Below the pieces are notes generated by a model that worked only from the letters and a program-made list of their open reading frames with translations, was not told where the DNA came from and did not search any database. A stretch of DNA of 64,000 nucleotides from a virus. Below, one piece after another: positions 11,759-21,772 of the stretch (position 1 is its first letter; each line of letters begins with the position of its first letter). The stretch covers positions 1-64,000 of the IMG/VR virus record IMGVR_UViG_3300037483_001116. One strand, 5' to 3'. The translations under genes were made by a program, and so were the position numbers.

Positions 11759-12613
11759 ATGTTGTCTTCTGGTGACTTCAGCGGCGAAGAAAAGCCGCTG
11801 GTGGCCGGGTTTATGCGCGGCTACCGGGCCTGGCGGCCGGCACCCGTGCCCTTCGAGAGCCGTCCTGTACGGGAAGGCGAGAAGCTCCGGTCCAGCAACG
11901 CCTCCTACGTCTGGGCGCGGGGGCGCAACGTCGCTGCCTGCAACTCCATCGTCTATATGCGAGACAACCTAGCGCATTGGGACCGGATCTCTCAAAATCA
12001 CTGTCGCTGTGGGGGTTGTGGCTCCTACGACGAACAGCTCGCGCGGCGTCTTGATCAGTTTTCTCGACTGCTGGCTCACCAGATTCCCTCCAACGGCCCC
12101 GACTGCAAAACCTGCGGCTTCTATGCCCTCCACAACCTACGTCAATTCCGTGAAGCTGTCGCCGGGCACATGTACATCGGTCCCGCAGCCACCATCTACG
12201 GCAGCATCAAAGCCACCGGCGCCGTCATCATCGGCACCAAAGGATTTCGAGCCCAGTATGCCGAAATTGAAGCCCTCGCCGGTCCTAACGCCGAACCCTA
12301 CGCCAAGTACTACGACGTCCCCTGGTTTCCGGAAGGGCTTGACTCCCTCGCGAGGGCATTCCCAGCGACGACAGTGGAGGGAATTGATGAACCAGTGGCC
12401 GTCGCGGACTTTGGCTACTGCTCCTACAGAGTCGATCTCCCTGGCTTCTCGTCCCCCATCACCGGACTTGCTCCCACATCGGGTCCGGATCCCACCGAAC
12501 CAGACCGGGACGTTCCAGATCCCAAACTGGATGCCGACCCAATTCCAATGGACCCGGAGCCAGCAGACGGGCTCCGGAAATGGCTCAACCCCCGGGTTTG
12601 GCGCCGTGGGTAA
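11759..12613 (+). CDS. hypothetical phage protein, CxxCGFYA/GFRA family, paralog 1
   Basis: RGYRAW, CKTCGFYA, KATGAVIIGTKGFRAQYAEIEAL. Confidence 0.7.
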   Translation: MLSSGDFSGEEKPLVAGFMRGYRAWRPAPVPFESRPVREGEKLRSSNASYVWARGRNVAACNSIVYMRDNLAHWDRISQNHCRCGGCGSYDEQLARRLDQFSRLLAHQIPSNGPDCKTCGFYALHNLRQFREAVAGHMYIGPAATIYGSIKATGAVIIGTKGFRAQYAEIEALAGPNAEPYAKYYDVPWFPEGLDSLARAFPATTVEGIDEPVAVADFGYCSYRVDLPGFSSPITGLAPTSGPDPTEPDRDVPDPKLDADPIPMDPEPADGLRKWLNPRVWRRG

Positions 12614-13424
12614 CCAATACGGCACCCACGAGCTGACCCCGACGCCGACGTATCCAGGTTTTCTCCGTGGCTATCGAGCCTTTGCCCTATGCGCGACGGC
12701 GGGGCATGAGCAACCCTTGGGCTTTTCGGCGAGGCGCTGTGCCGAACACCTGGACCAGGTCCTGCATTCGGTCTTTGTCGGCACGTTTGGCCACACTCCT
12801 GGCGTCAATGTGGCCCAATGTGAAAAAACCAACTTGCACCTGGCCCCAGTACCCCACGGGCCCTGCACTTGCGGCTTCTACGCCAGCCACCGCAGCTTTC
12901 CCAAGGAGTATCTCAACCAGCCAGTCTTCGCCGTCATCAAAGCCACTGGCCGCATCCTTCTCAGTGACGTCGGCTTTCGTGCCGAAAGGGTCGAGATTGA
13001 GGCGCTGTCACCCGGCGACCGAAGGTACTGGGAATTCAACGACTTTACCCGCCTCCGCACCATTGGTCGTTACTTCGATGTCCCCGTATTCCCGAATCCG
13101 GCCGAGATGCTGGCCGCTCACCCACCACAAGACCTTGCCGGCCTCATCTCGACCCCTGAGGTGGACTACAAAACCTGGTTCCTGCACCGGGCCATGCACA
13201 CCGACCTAGGGACATACCAGTTTCTTCAGGATCCTGGCGGCTGGAGTTTTGTCGTCATCGGACCCGACGGCGAGGTCATTCCGATACCAGCCTCTCTGCG
13301 CAAGCTCACTCTTTCTGATGGTCGAATGAGATACGTCATCGAACGACAGGGCAGGTACCTACTGAGTACCGCGGAACCTCACATTGATCGCTCTATACGG
13401 GACCTTCAAATCACGGCAGAGTAG
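12606..13424 (+). CDS. hypothetical phage protein, CxCGFYA/GFRA family, paralog 2
   Basis: RGYRAF, CTCGFYA, KATGRILLSDVGFRAERVEIEAL. Confidence 0.7.
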   Translation: MGNQYGTHELTPTPTYPGFLRGYRAFALCATAGHEQPLGFSARRCAEHLDQVLHSVFVGTFGHTPGVNVAQCEKTNLHLAPVPHGPCTCGFYASHRSFPKEYLNQPVFAVIKATGRILLSDVGFRAERVEIEALSPGDRRYWEFNDFTRLRTIGRYFDVPVFPNPAEMLAAHPPQDLAGLISTPEVDYKTWFLHRAMHTDLGTYQFLQDPGGWSFVVIGPDGEVIPIPASLRKLTLSDGRMRYVIERQGRYLLSTAEPHIDRSIRDLQITAE

Positions 13425-13428
13425 GACC

Positions 13429-14229
13429 ATGAGAATACTTCTAGCCGGAGACACCCACGGCAAGATTAACCACAGCCAGTACTTGATACGTACCGCTTTC
13501 ACAAAAGACTGCGATCTGGTATTCGTCCTCGGGGACCATGGTTTTTGGGAACACATGCCCAAAGGCGTCCAGTTTTATGACCAACTCAACGAATATGCCT
13601 CCGCTCTGGGCACGACCGTCTACTTCCTCGACGGCAACCACGACAAGACGTCACTGCTGATGGAAAAGTACGGCGACCTGCGCGACGGCGAAGACTTCGT
13701 CATCGTCCGCCCCAATGTTCTCTACGCTCCCCGCGGCCACCGCTGGACCTGGAACGACGTTCGGTTCGTTGCGCTCGGGGGCGCATTTTCCGTGGACAAA
13801 GAGTGGCGCCTGGAGCAGGAAGCGTTTGGCGGCCTGGAGCCTGGCACGCTCTGGTTTCCGGAAGAAGAAATGACCGACGAAGACATGGACCAGATCCTGG
13901 AAGACGCCACCCGCGTCGACATTATGCTGGCCCACGACAAACCCCGTGGCTCCAGTCCCAGATGGAACCGCAAAGACATCTTCGAATGTTTCCCCAACCA
14001 GGACCGGCTGCAACGGGCCGTCAAAGCCCTTCGGCCGCGGTCATACTTCCATGGCCATCTGCACTACTTCTACACCGACGAGATCTGGTACGGCATCGAA
14101 GGCGGCGCTGGTATGGACTCTTGCAAAGTCATGGGTCTCCTCCCCGACCCGGAGGCTGGCGACTCGACCTACGTAAACAAGGTCTTGTCGTGGCAGGTTC
14201 TCGACACCGCCGACGCCTGGTGGCGTTGA
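13429..14229 (+). CDS. calcineurin-like metallophosphoesterase
   Basis: GDTHG, LGDHG, GNHD, HGHLH motifs. Confidence 0.9.
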   Translation: MRILLAGDTHGKINHSQYLIRTAFTKDCDLVFVLGDHGFWEHMPKGVQFYDQLNEYASALGTTVYFLDGNHDKTSLLMEKYGDLRDGEDFVIVRPNVLYAPRGHRWTWNDVRFVALGGAFSVDKEWRLEQEAFGGLEPGTLWFPEEEMTDEDMDQILEDATRVDIMLAHDKPRGSSPRWNRKDIFECFPNQDRLQRAVKALRPRSYFHGHLHYFYTDEIWYGIEGGAGMDSCKVMGLLPDPEAGDSTYVNKVLSWQVLDTADAWWR

Positions 14230-15032
14230 TGCGACAGTGCAAACACTGCCCCCGACAGACACTCAGCACTGACTCGGCCCGGGAGGCCGTTCTGTTGGCC
14301 CGGGAGCATCGCTGCGAGTCAGACATGTGGATCTTCGACCCGGACGGCAACGGCAAGGCCCTCGACGCCTACGACTGGGACGGCAACCTGCGCAAACCCT
14401 AGTTTTTCTTCTTTCTCTTGCTTTTTTTCTTTTTCTTCTGGAGACTAGGCCGATGCGATGGGTACCCATCACCCTTACCTTGGGCGTGCTGCTGGCCACC
14501 TGGCGGCCGATTCTGGGCCTGCTGTGGGACTCGTACGAAGCCTGGAGCTACGCCAGGATGAATGGCCTGTCCCAGAACGTCGCCCGCCGGCTGTTGTGCT
14601 ACGGCGCCGTCTGCAGCCTCAGCGTTGTTGCCGCCCTCATCACCATCTGGAGTCTGACGTGATCTTCAAAGATCCAGCGGTGGGCTACTGCAGCAGCTGC
14701 CGGCGCCATACCTGGTCGACTGGCGAGTTCGGCTCCACGTGCGACATGCCCCAGCCCGCTGGTCACCGCTGCCAAGGCGTCTTCCGCCCGTTTTCGGCTG
14801 CAGCCGAAGCGCCCCTGTCCCCGGAGGACTGGGCCGAGATCTTCTCCACCGTCCCGCCGTACCCCATGGACCTGCCTGATGAGCTGCGGCGCACCATCGC
14901 CCAAGCCGCCATCGACATCCGCCGGGCCGCCGAAGACATGGAACGCGGCCGGCGCACCGGCAGCCTCCTCGACTACCAGATGCCCATGTCGCTGCTCAGC
15001 GGTGCCCTCCGGCGGATGGAGAAGTACGCACC

Positions 15033-15629
15033 ATGACCAACGTCTGGTTCACCAGCGACTTGCACATCGGCCACGCCCGAATCATCGAACTCTGCAACCG
15101 TCCCTTCCGCGACGTCGACCATATGAATGAACAGCTCGTCGAAAACTGGAACGAACGCGTCACCGACGCCGACGTTGTCTTCATCCTCGGCGACCTGGCC
15201 CTCGGCAAAATTGACGACAGCCTTGAATGGGTCAAGCTGCTACTCGGCCGCAAGATGCTGGTCCCCGGCAACCACGACCGCGTCTGGTCCGGACACCCAA
15301 AGCCAGGCAAGCCGATCCGGCCAGTGGACATCGAGCGGTACGAGGCCGCTGGCCTGTACCTCATGGACGAGCAGATCCCGTACGTCACCGAAGAAGGTGC
15401 ACCCACGTGGACCCTGTGCCACTTCCCGGACGTCGGCGACAGCCATGATGAAGACCGGTTCGACGCCTGGCGGCCGAAGTCACCCCACAAGCCAAATGTC
15501 ATCGTCCATGGCCACGTCCACACCGCCTGGGCCGAAAACGGGCCCCGCATCAACGTCGGCGTTGACGTACGGGACTACGCACCCATGCACCAGGACGAGG
15601 TCCGGAAACTGGCGGAGGTGGCATGGTAG
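15033..15629 (+). CDS. calcineurin-like metallophosphoesterase
   Basis: FTSDLHIGH, ILGD, GNHD, HGHVH, INVGVD. Confidence 0.9.
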   Translation: MTNVWFTSDLHIGHARIIELCNRPFRDVDHMNEQLVENWNERVTDADVVFILGDLALGKIDDSLEWVKLLLGRKMLVPGNHDRVWSGHPKPGKPIRPVDIERYEAAGLYLMDEQIPYVTEEGAPTWTLCHFPDVGDSHDEDRFDAWRPKSPHKPNVIVHGHVHTAWAENGPRINVGVDVRDYAPMHQDEVRKLAEVAW

Positions 15630-16390
15630 ACGTCGGCCCCACGTCAAAGGACCATCCCGTGCATGATTGGCTCGCCGGCGTTGTCGCACCGCAACCGGGC
15701 GACGTAGTCGTGGACCTGGGTTGTGGCCCCGGCGGCACCCTGGCCGCACTCGCCAGCCGTGATGCGTCGGTGCGACTCCTTGGCGTGGATCTGGCTGCCA
15801 CTCGCCTGGCGGAGGCCGCCGGGCGCGTCGGCACCGTGGCGGCGGTGATGATGCGGGCTGACCTGACCAGGCCACTGCCATTGCGCGATGGCTGTGCCGA
15901 CGTGGTGGTGTGCCACAACGTGGCCGAGCTACTTCCCGATCCCGCCAGCCTGCTGGCCGAAGCGGCGCGGATTCTGCGCCCAGGCGGCCGGGCGACTCTG
16001 TCGCACACCGATTTCGCCGGCCTGGTCGTGCATGGTGCCGATCCTGCGCTGACGGATCGGGTTGTCGCCGCGTATGCGAACGTCGCGCAGCCGTGGATGG
16101 GCCACGTTGATCCATACGCGGCCAGACGCATGCCCGGACTCGCCACCGCGGCCGGGTTTGTTGTAGACCGAGTCGACGGGCACGTACTGGCCTCGCACCG
16201 CCTCGATGGTGCCGGCCGATCGCGGCTGGACGAGATCGTCGCTGCGGTGCGGGGACACATACGGCGGGGTCTGGTCGACTTGACCGCAGCTGCGGTCGCC
16301 AGCTGGTGGGATCAGCTCGTGGCGGCCGACGATCGGGGCGAGTTCTGTTTCGCCGAGACCGCGCTCATCACCATTGCGCACCGACCGTGA
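15623..16390 (+). CDS. class I SAM-dependent methyltransferase
   Basis: VVDLGCGPG motif I, LLGVD, ARILRPGG. Confidence 0.85.
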   Translation: MVDVGPTSKDHPVHDWLAGVVAPQPGDVVVDLGCGPGGTLAALASRDASVRLLGVDLAATRLAEAAGRVGTVAAVMMRADLTRPLPLRDGCADVVVCHNVAELLPDPASLLAEAARILRPGGRATLSHTDFAGLVVHGADPALTDRVVAAYANVAQPWMGHVDPYAARRMPGLATAAGFVVDRVDGHVLASHRLDGAGRSRLDEIVAAVRGHIRRGLVDLTAAAVASWWDQLVAADDRGEFCFAETALITIAHRP

Positions 16391-16829
16391 CCTTGGAGAG
16401 GGATTGGAGGAGGAATATGAGCATCGCCCACGACCTACAGCCGCTGCGGATCTTTGACATGAGCCGCGGCCGGCACCGCCTCGCTCACCGCTGCCGATTT
16501 TGCCACGTCGATGAGGCCTACATCGAAGTCGACCGGTGCCCCGTCCGCGCCGCCGGTGAGGCCGGAAAGGCCGCCATCGACACAGCCCTGGAAGTCGCCC
16601 TGGAGGCCGAACTCATGCCCGCGCCCATTGCTGTCACCCCCCACACTGCGACCGGGCTCCGCCAATACGACCACCTGTCACCCGACGAGGCTTTGGCCGC
16701 CGCCTGGGCCAACGCCGGCCCCAATCCAGAATGGCACCTGGCCGCCCAAACCCAGCTCCGTGACACTATGCCCGTCGTCCACCGGGCCATCCTCCGCATC
16801 GTCGAACGAGTCCGAGAGGAGGAAGTCCT

Positions 16830-17075
16830 GTGAACCAACTGTGGTCCTGGGGCCTCGCCGCTCTTGGCGTCGGCTGCCTCTACCTGATCAGCCGCAAAGC
16901 CACCCGAAGCTGGGGCTGGTTCGGCGCCCTCGCCATCCAGGCCCTATGGGTCGTCTACGCCGTCGTCACGCGCCAGTGGGGCTTTATTGCTTCATCCATC
17001 GCCTATGGCTTCATGTATGGCAGAAATCTGCTGGTCTGGCGGAAAGAGAAGCAGGCAGTCGAGGAGGCCTCGTGA
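16830..17075 (+). CDS. small membrane protein, PnuC-like
   Basis: Three hydrophobic segments with WGW/LW pattern. Confidence 0.5.
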   Translation: MNQLWSWGLAALGVGCLYLISRKATRSWGWFGALAIQALWVVYAVVTRQWGFIASSIAYGFMYGRNLLVWRKEKQAVEEAS

Positions 17076-17477
17076 TCGAGGGCCCTCACGAAGACCTACG
17101 CAACGCCATCGCCGACGCCGTTCGGAATCGGCTCCACGTTGCCGAACTGGTCATCAATGAACATCCCCCCAGCGCCGACCGCAACCTGCGCGGTCTGACC
17201 AACATGATCTGCAGCGGCATGTGCCATTGGTACACCGAAGTGGTCAGCCCCGAAACGGTCATCCGCCACTGCGAAGCCGACCAACGGCGCCTCGGTCGCC
17301 ACACATACTTCTACGCCAACGACAGCGATCAAGCCTGGCACCGCTCCCCCCGCTGCGAACTTTGCCGAGGGGAATGGCCCTGCGCCGACATCCAGGACCT
17401 GATGGAGGTCTACCAGATTCGGCGCATCTGAGCCCCGGCCGCAACACCGCGGCTGGTTCACAGAAAGAAGATCCGAA

Positions 17478-18281
17478 ATGTCAACAAGCAAGACCCTCGC
17501 CGCCGTCGCGGTGGCCGGGACCCTCGTACTGGGGCTGCAAGCCTCGGCACAAGCACGGCCCGCATCAAGTAGTACCCGGTTGGCCGTGGTGGACACGGTC
17601 AACGCTGGCCAGGGCCACAGCCCCAAGGCCGCCAAGAAGGAACTGGCCGCAGCCGCCACCATCACGGTGACCGTGGCCCCCGGCGACAGCCTGTCCGCCC
17701 TGGCCGCCCGTCACTGCGGCAACGGCTCCTGGGCCGGCCTCTACGAGGACAACAAGTCCGTCGTCGGAGTAGACCCGAACTTGATCTACCCCGGCCAAAA
17801 GCTGGTCATCAACTGCGCCACCGGTACGGCGGCCACCGCCGCCGCCCCGGCCCCGGCAACAGCACCCGCGGCAGTACCCGCCTCATCCGGCTGGGTACGC
17901 CCCATCAACGCCTGCGTCGGTAGCGGCTTCGGCTGGCGCTGGGGCGCCATGCACAACGGCGTCGACCTCGCCGCCGGATCCGGCACCCCCATCCGTGCCG
18001 CAGCCGCCGGCACCGTGTCCACCGCCTGGCAGGCCGGCGGCGCCGGCAACTACACCATGATCAACCACGGCGGCGGAACGTTCACGGTCTATATGCACCA
18101 GAGCAGCTTCGCCGTACAGTCCGGCTGGGTCGACGCCGGCCAGACCATCGGCTACGTCGGATCCACCGGCAACAGCACCGGCCCGCATCTGCACTTCGAG
18201 GTCCACACCGGCGGCCTCTGGAACAACCGCGTGGACCCGGTGCCGTTCATGAGCGCCCGCGGAGCCGGCCTCGGCTGCTAG
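17478..18281 (+). CDS. secreted LysM + M23 peptidase (cell-wall hydrolase)
   Basis: Signal peptide; LysM VAPGDSLSALA...DPNLIYPGQ; M23 HNGVD and STGPHLHFE. Confidence 0.92.
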   Translation: MSTSKTLAAVAVAGTLVLGLQASAQARPASSSTRLAVVDTVNAGQGHSPKAAKKELAAAATITVTVAPGDSLSALAARHCGNGSWAGLYEDNKSVVGVDPNLIYPGQKLVINCATGTAATAAAPAPATAPAAVPASSGWVRPINACVGSGFGWRWGAMHNGVDLAAGSGTPIRAAAAGTVSTAWQAGGAGNYTMINHGGGTFTVYMHQSSFAVQSGWVDAGQTIGYVGSTGNSTGPHLHFEVHTGGLWNNRVDPVPFMSARGAGLGC

Positions 18282-18294
18282 GTTCTAAGCTTCA

Positions 18295-18327
18295 CCGAAA
18301 GGCCCCAGCGATCCTGGGGCCTTTCGG
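18295..18327 (+). terminator. intrinsic terminator
   Basis: CCGAAAGGCCCCAG / CTGGGGCCTTTCGG 14-bp inverted repeat after the M23 gene. Confidence 0.8.
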
Positions 18328-18782
18328 CTTATCTAGAACGACTTGAATACATCGATGCCTTGGCTCGAAAAGTGACTCCCAGAAATTTTGAAAACAGCCT
18401 CTTTGGGTTTTGGAGAAAATCATGGGTCGAGGCAAAACTTCCAGCGAATTCGCCGCCGAACATGGCCCCGGCTGGGCCTACCTCGGCGGCGTTCCCGGCG
18501 ACCCAGGCATCGTCACCGACGCGGCCAGAAAATACGGCGACGAGTATGGACTGGACGCCGAGGCCCTCGACGATGCCGCCAGCGGCCACGGCTGGGAATG
18601 GCACAACACCGGCTACGACGAAAAGATCAAACAGCTAGCCGAAGACGCCGAAGAACTCGGCATTCCGAAAGCCTGACTCCTGTCCCCATTTGGGGTATCT
18701 TGTCGTTGTGGCTGGACGGATCAGCGTCGACTTAGCTCGACGCCAAGGGGCAAACCTCGACTGCGAGGATTGCGATGAGTTC

Positions 18783-19019
18783 GTGTCTGTTGGTGAGATC
18801 AAAAACCCGGCTGGAACCGAGAGACTAAAAGAATACTGGACCTCTGGCCCAGGCGGAAAGATCAAGATACGTTGGTTTACCGATGGGAGTTTTCGTCGTT
18901 GTGTTCGGCATTTGCGGAAGTATTTTCCTAAGAACCCACAAGCTCTTTGTGCGAATCTTCACAAACGGGCTACGGGTGAATGGCCGACCGAGCACGGCAA
19001 GGCCGGAATACCGAGCTGA
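18783..19019 (+). CDS. hypothetical actinophage protein (YW..G.G..KIRW...F.RC...CA.LH domain)
   Basis: Compact Trp/Cys/His motif of a type I recall from actinophage proteins. Confidence 0.5.
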   Translation: MSVGEIKNPAGTERLKEYWTSGPGGKIKIRWFTDGSFRRCVRHLRKYFPKNPQALCANLHKRATGEWPTEHGKAGIPS

Positions 19020-19181
19020 ATGAGCGACTGGCCAAATGGCAATTCGTGCACGCACGATCTGCAGCAATGGCCACGATCTAACGGTCCCCGCTTGCTTTTA
19101 TTAAGGATACGCAGCATTGCTACAAGTGTTGGAAAAATAGATACACAGCCGCAGGTCAACGTTACCGAGCTAAGAAACAAT

Positions 19182-19475
19182 ATGACATTCCCAGCTGACC
19201 CAGCTCCTGACATCATCAATCACCAGCCCGCGGCCGACGTCGACAAGGCCCTCATCCTCAAGGAGCTGGAGGCCCGGGAGCAGCAACGCCGCGCCGGCTT
19301 GGCCCGCAGGGGCTCCACCAACGGCCGCACCCGCCTCCACGAATGGGACGTGGCCCTCATCCGCTCGATGCACAGCGTCTGGGGCTTGTCTGTGTCCCAA
19401 CTCGCGGTACGGTGGTCCCTTCCGCGAGAGACGGTCCGGGACGTGGTCAAGAGGCGTACCTGGACGCACATCTGA
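19182..19475 (+). CDS. HTH protein resembling HNH-endonuclease C-terminal DNA-binding domain
   Basis: RGSTNGRTRL...SQLAVRWSLPRETVRDVVKRRTWTHI, similar to the tail of 20622-21116. Confidence 0.6.
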   Translation: MTFPADPAPDIINHQPAADVDKALILKELEAREQQRRAGLARRGSTNGRTRLHEWDVALIRSMHSVWGLSVSQLAVRWSLPRETVRDVVKRRTWTHI

Positions 19476-19494
19476 GCCCCCCTGGAGAGCCCCC

Positions 19495-19827
19495 GTGGTC
19501 TTCGACCCCGACTACAACGACTTCCTGTTCACCTCGTACAAGGCCCTACAGTCCCTCGGCGGGTCTCCCACGGACCAGGACCAGATCCTGAAGCTCATGG
19601 AGGAAGTCGGCGAGGTGTGCGCGGCGTACATCAGCTACTCCGGCACCAACCCCCGCAAAGGCCCAGCGACCGGCCACATGGCCCCCGTGGTGCAGGAGTT
19701 AGCCGACGTGGTCATGACCTGCTTCGTAGCCATGATCAAATTCGGCTTCGACCCAAGTGACCTACTCGAACAGCAAATGAGTAAAGTGAAGGGTCGCCAC
19801 CCCAACATCTGGGACGTGAAGCCGTGA
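19495..19827 (+). CDS. MazG-like nucleotide pyrophosphohydrolase
   Basis: KLMEEVGEV...GTNPRKG...ELADV. Confidence 0.85.
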   Translation: MVFDPDYNDFLFTSYKALQSLGGSPTDQDQILKLMEEVGEVCAAYISYSGTNPRKGPATGHMAPVVQELADVVMTCFVAMIKFGFDPSDLLEQQMSKVKGRHPNIWDVKP

Positions 19828-20621
19828 CCTGGCAGTTGGCGTCCGAGGGCCCCCAATCGGCTGGACCGCCGCACTACGACAGCCAGACGGACCTGGCTGT
19901 CCAACGCTGCCCCGGCCACCTGTGGGAGCTGTACCTCGAAGACTGCGGCACGGTCCATCTGCACTGCACCAAGTGCCCAGCCGGCGTGGATGACCTGTAC
20001 CTCGACGGCTACGAGATGATCAACTACGCCAACGACGACAACACCATCGTCGTCGAAGCTGGCCACCACAACCTTCCTGACGAGGACGCCTTCGTCCATA
20101 TCCCCGTCAACGCCTGGGTGCTTAGCGGCCAGAACTACTGGGGCGAATGGGAAGTAGAACTCATCGTCGAAGATAGGCCCTCCAGTGGAGCTTGACATCT
20201 CCATCGTCGACCGCGTCATCGAAACGGAAGTCGTCCACATGAAGAAGGCATACCGCGGCTGGTTCGGACGCATGGCCAAACGCCGCTGCCCCCACGCCGC
20301 CCTCAAGGGCATCTACGGCGACGAAATCACGGCCGTAGGCGGCTGGCGCCTGCTCTGCGGCGACTGCGGCAGCTTCCTCGACGGCCCCGTTTCCCTGGCC
20401 CGAGACAGGGAACCCAGCACATGACCGAATTCACTGGCACCGAACTCACCGGCACCCTCAAAGCCGCCGCCTTCCACGGCATTGCCCTCAACGAACACTG
20501 GCCCGCCGCCTATCGGCTGCAGTTTGCCCTCGCGGCCCTCGAAATCTACGAAACTGAATGGGAACGCATCAATGACGAAGCACAAGATTCTGTCGGTGAC
20601 AGCCGCTGACTGCGACCTGAA

Positions 20622-21116
20622 GTGAAGCCGATTGTCGGCCATCCCGGCTACTTTGTTGATGAAGATGGCTCCGTTTTTAGCAACAAGCGGCGAGGGGCGA
20701 TCCGTCGCAAAAAAGCATCTCCCGACAACGATGGATACTTGCATGTCGTCCTATCGACAGGAGGGCGACTGCATACCATCAAAGTTCAGCGACTCGTTGC
20801 TTTGCATTTCCTTGGGCCAAAGCCTGATGGAATGGTTGTCTGTCATAACGACGGAGACAAGTTGAATAACTCGGTATGGAACCTTCGCTACGACACTCAA
20901 GCCGCAAATATTGCGGATATCAAGATCCATGGAACCGAGAACCCGCCGCGGGGCTCACGAAACGGTATGTCGAAACTTACCGAGGCGCAGGTCCGTAAGA
21001 TGCGGGAGCTGAGGGAAGAACGGGGCCTGAGCCATCGAGTACTTGGAGACCTGTTTGGCATATCTCGCGAACAGGCTCGCGACATAGTAAACAGAAAGTT
21101 TTGGCGACATGTCTAA
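20622..21116 (+). CDS. HNH homing endonuclease (NUMOD4-HNH-HTH)
   Basis: KPIVGHPGYFVDEDG; VCHNDGDKLNNSVWNL; lower GC than neighbours. Confidence 0.9.
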   Translation: MKPIVGHPGYFVDEDGSVFSNKRRGAIRRKKASPDNDGYLHVVLSTGGRLHTIKVQRLVALHFLGPKPDGMVVCHNDGDKLNNSVWNLRYDTQAANIADIKIHGTENPPRGSRNGMSKLTEAQVRKMRELREERGLSHRVLGDLFGISREQARDIVNRKFWRHV

Positions 21117-21300
21117 GCATCTAGTGTTATCAGTAAAGGCAGCAGATTGCGAGTTACAGACCTTCCGCTGCGGCGGCAACGGGGGACAAAACGTGAATAC
21201 CCGTGACACCGGAGTCAGGTTCATCCACCGAGCCTCCGGCGCCCGCGGAGAAGCCCGTGACGACTGGACCCAGGTCAGTGAGACCAGCCTCCGCGCCTAA
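21109..21300 (+). pseudogene. truncated RF-1 (GGQ) domain peptidyl-tRNA hydrolase
   Basis: FRCGGNGGQNVNTRDTGVRFIHRASG; ends before the SQxxN helix. Confidence 0.7.
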
Positions 21301-21589
21301 CCACCGGGGGACTCGATAGGCTTCACTGCCCGCGGTCCGTGGAGCCTGGCGTATTCCGCCTTGGCCTCATAGATTCGTTCCCCTGGCCGCATTTCAAACT
21401 GCATCAAGTAGCACTGTCCACATCGGACAGTTGCCATGGACGCTTCCGGGGTGCAGGCGGCCGGCGCCCCGCACAAAGGGCATGACACCCACACATTGGG
21501 CCCGTGATCGGTGACCAGATATGGTCTGCCGTCGCTGTAGAAACATGTGTCAAAGGTGTCGACGGACATTTACCGCACCCCCCATCAGG

Positions 21590-21772
21590 CTATGGAACGT
21601 TGTTGAATCCCGAAATGACCCCATGGGGATCATCAAGATCCTTAAGCATTCGTTGAAGGCAAAGCGCAAGCACGTCCTTCTGCATCTCGATTAAAGTTGA
21701 CACAGATTCCTGTGTCACATCCATAAGCGGCGCCCACTCACTACCGTCATCATCCTCAGCGGTAACTGTCAT
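21590..21772 (-). CDS. FxSxx-COOH RiPP precursor-like peptide
   Basis: LMDVT..SVSTL...VLALCLQRMLKDLDDP..VISGFNNVP resembles FxSxx-COOH precursors. Confidence 0.55.
   Translation of the reverse strand: MTVTAEDDDGSEWAPLMDVTQESVSTLIEMQKDVLALCLQRMLKDLDDPHGVISGFNNVP

Noticed and set aside
14401-14440. T/C-rich low-complexity tract
   Set aside because: Short, with no hairpin or repeat structure; no function can be supported.
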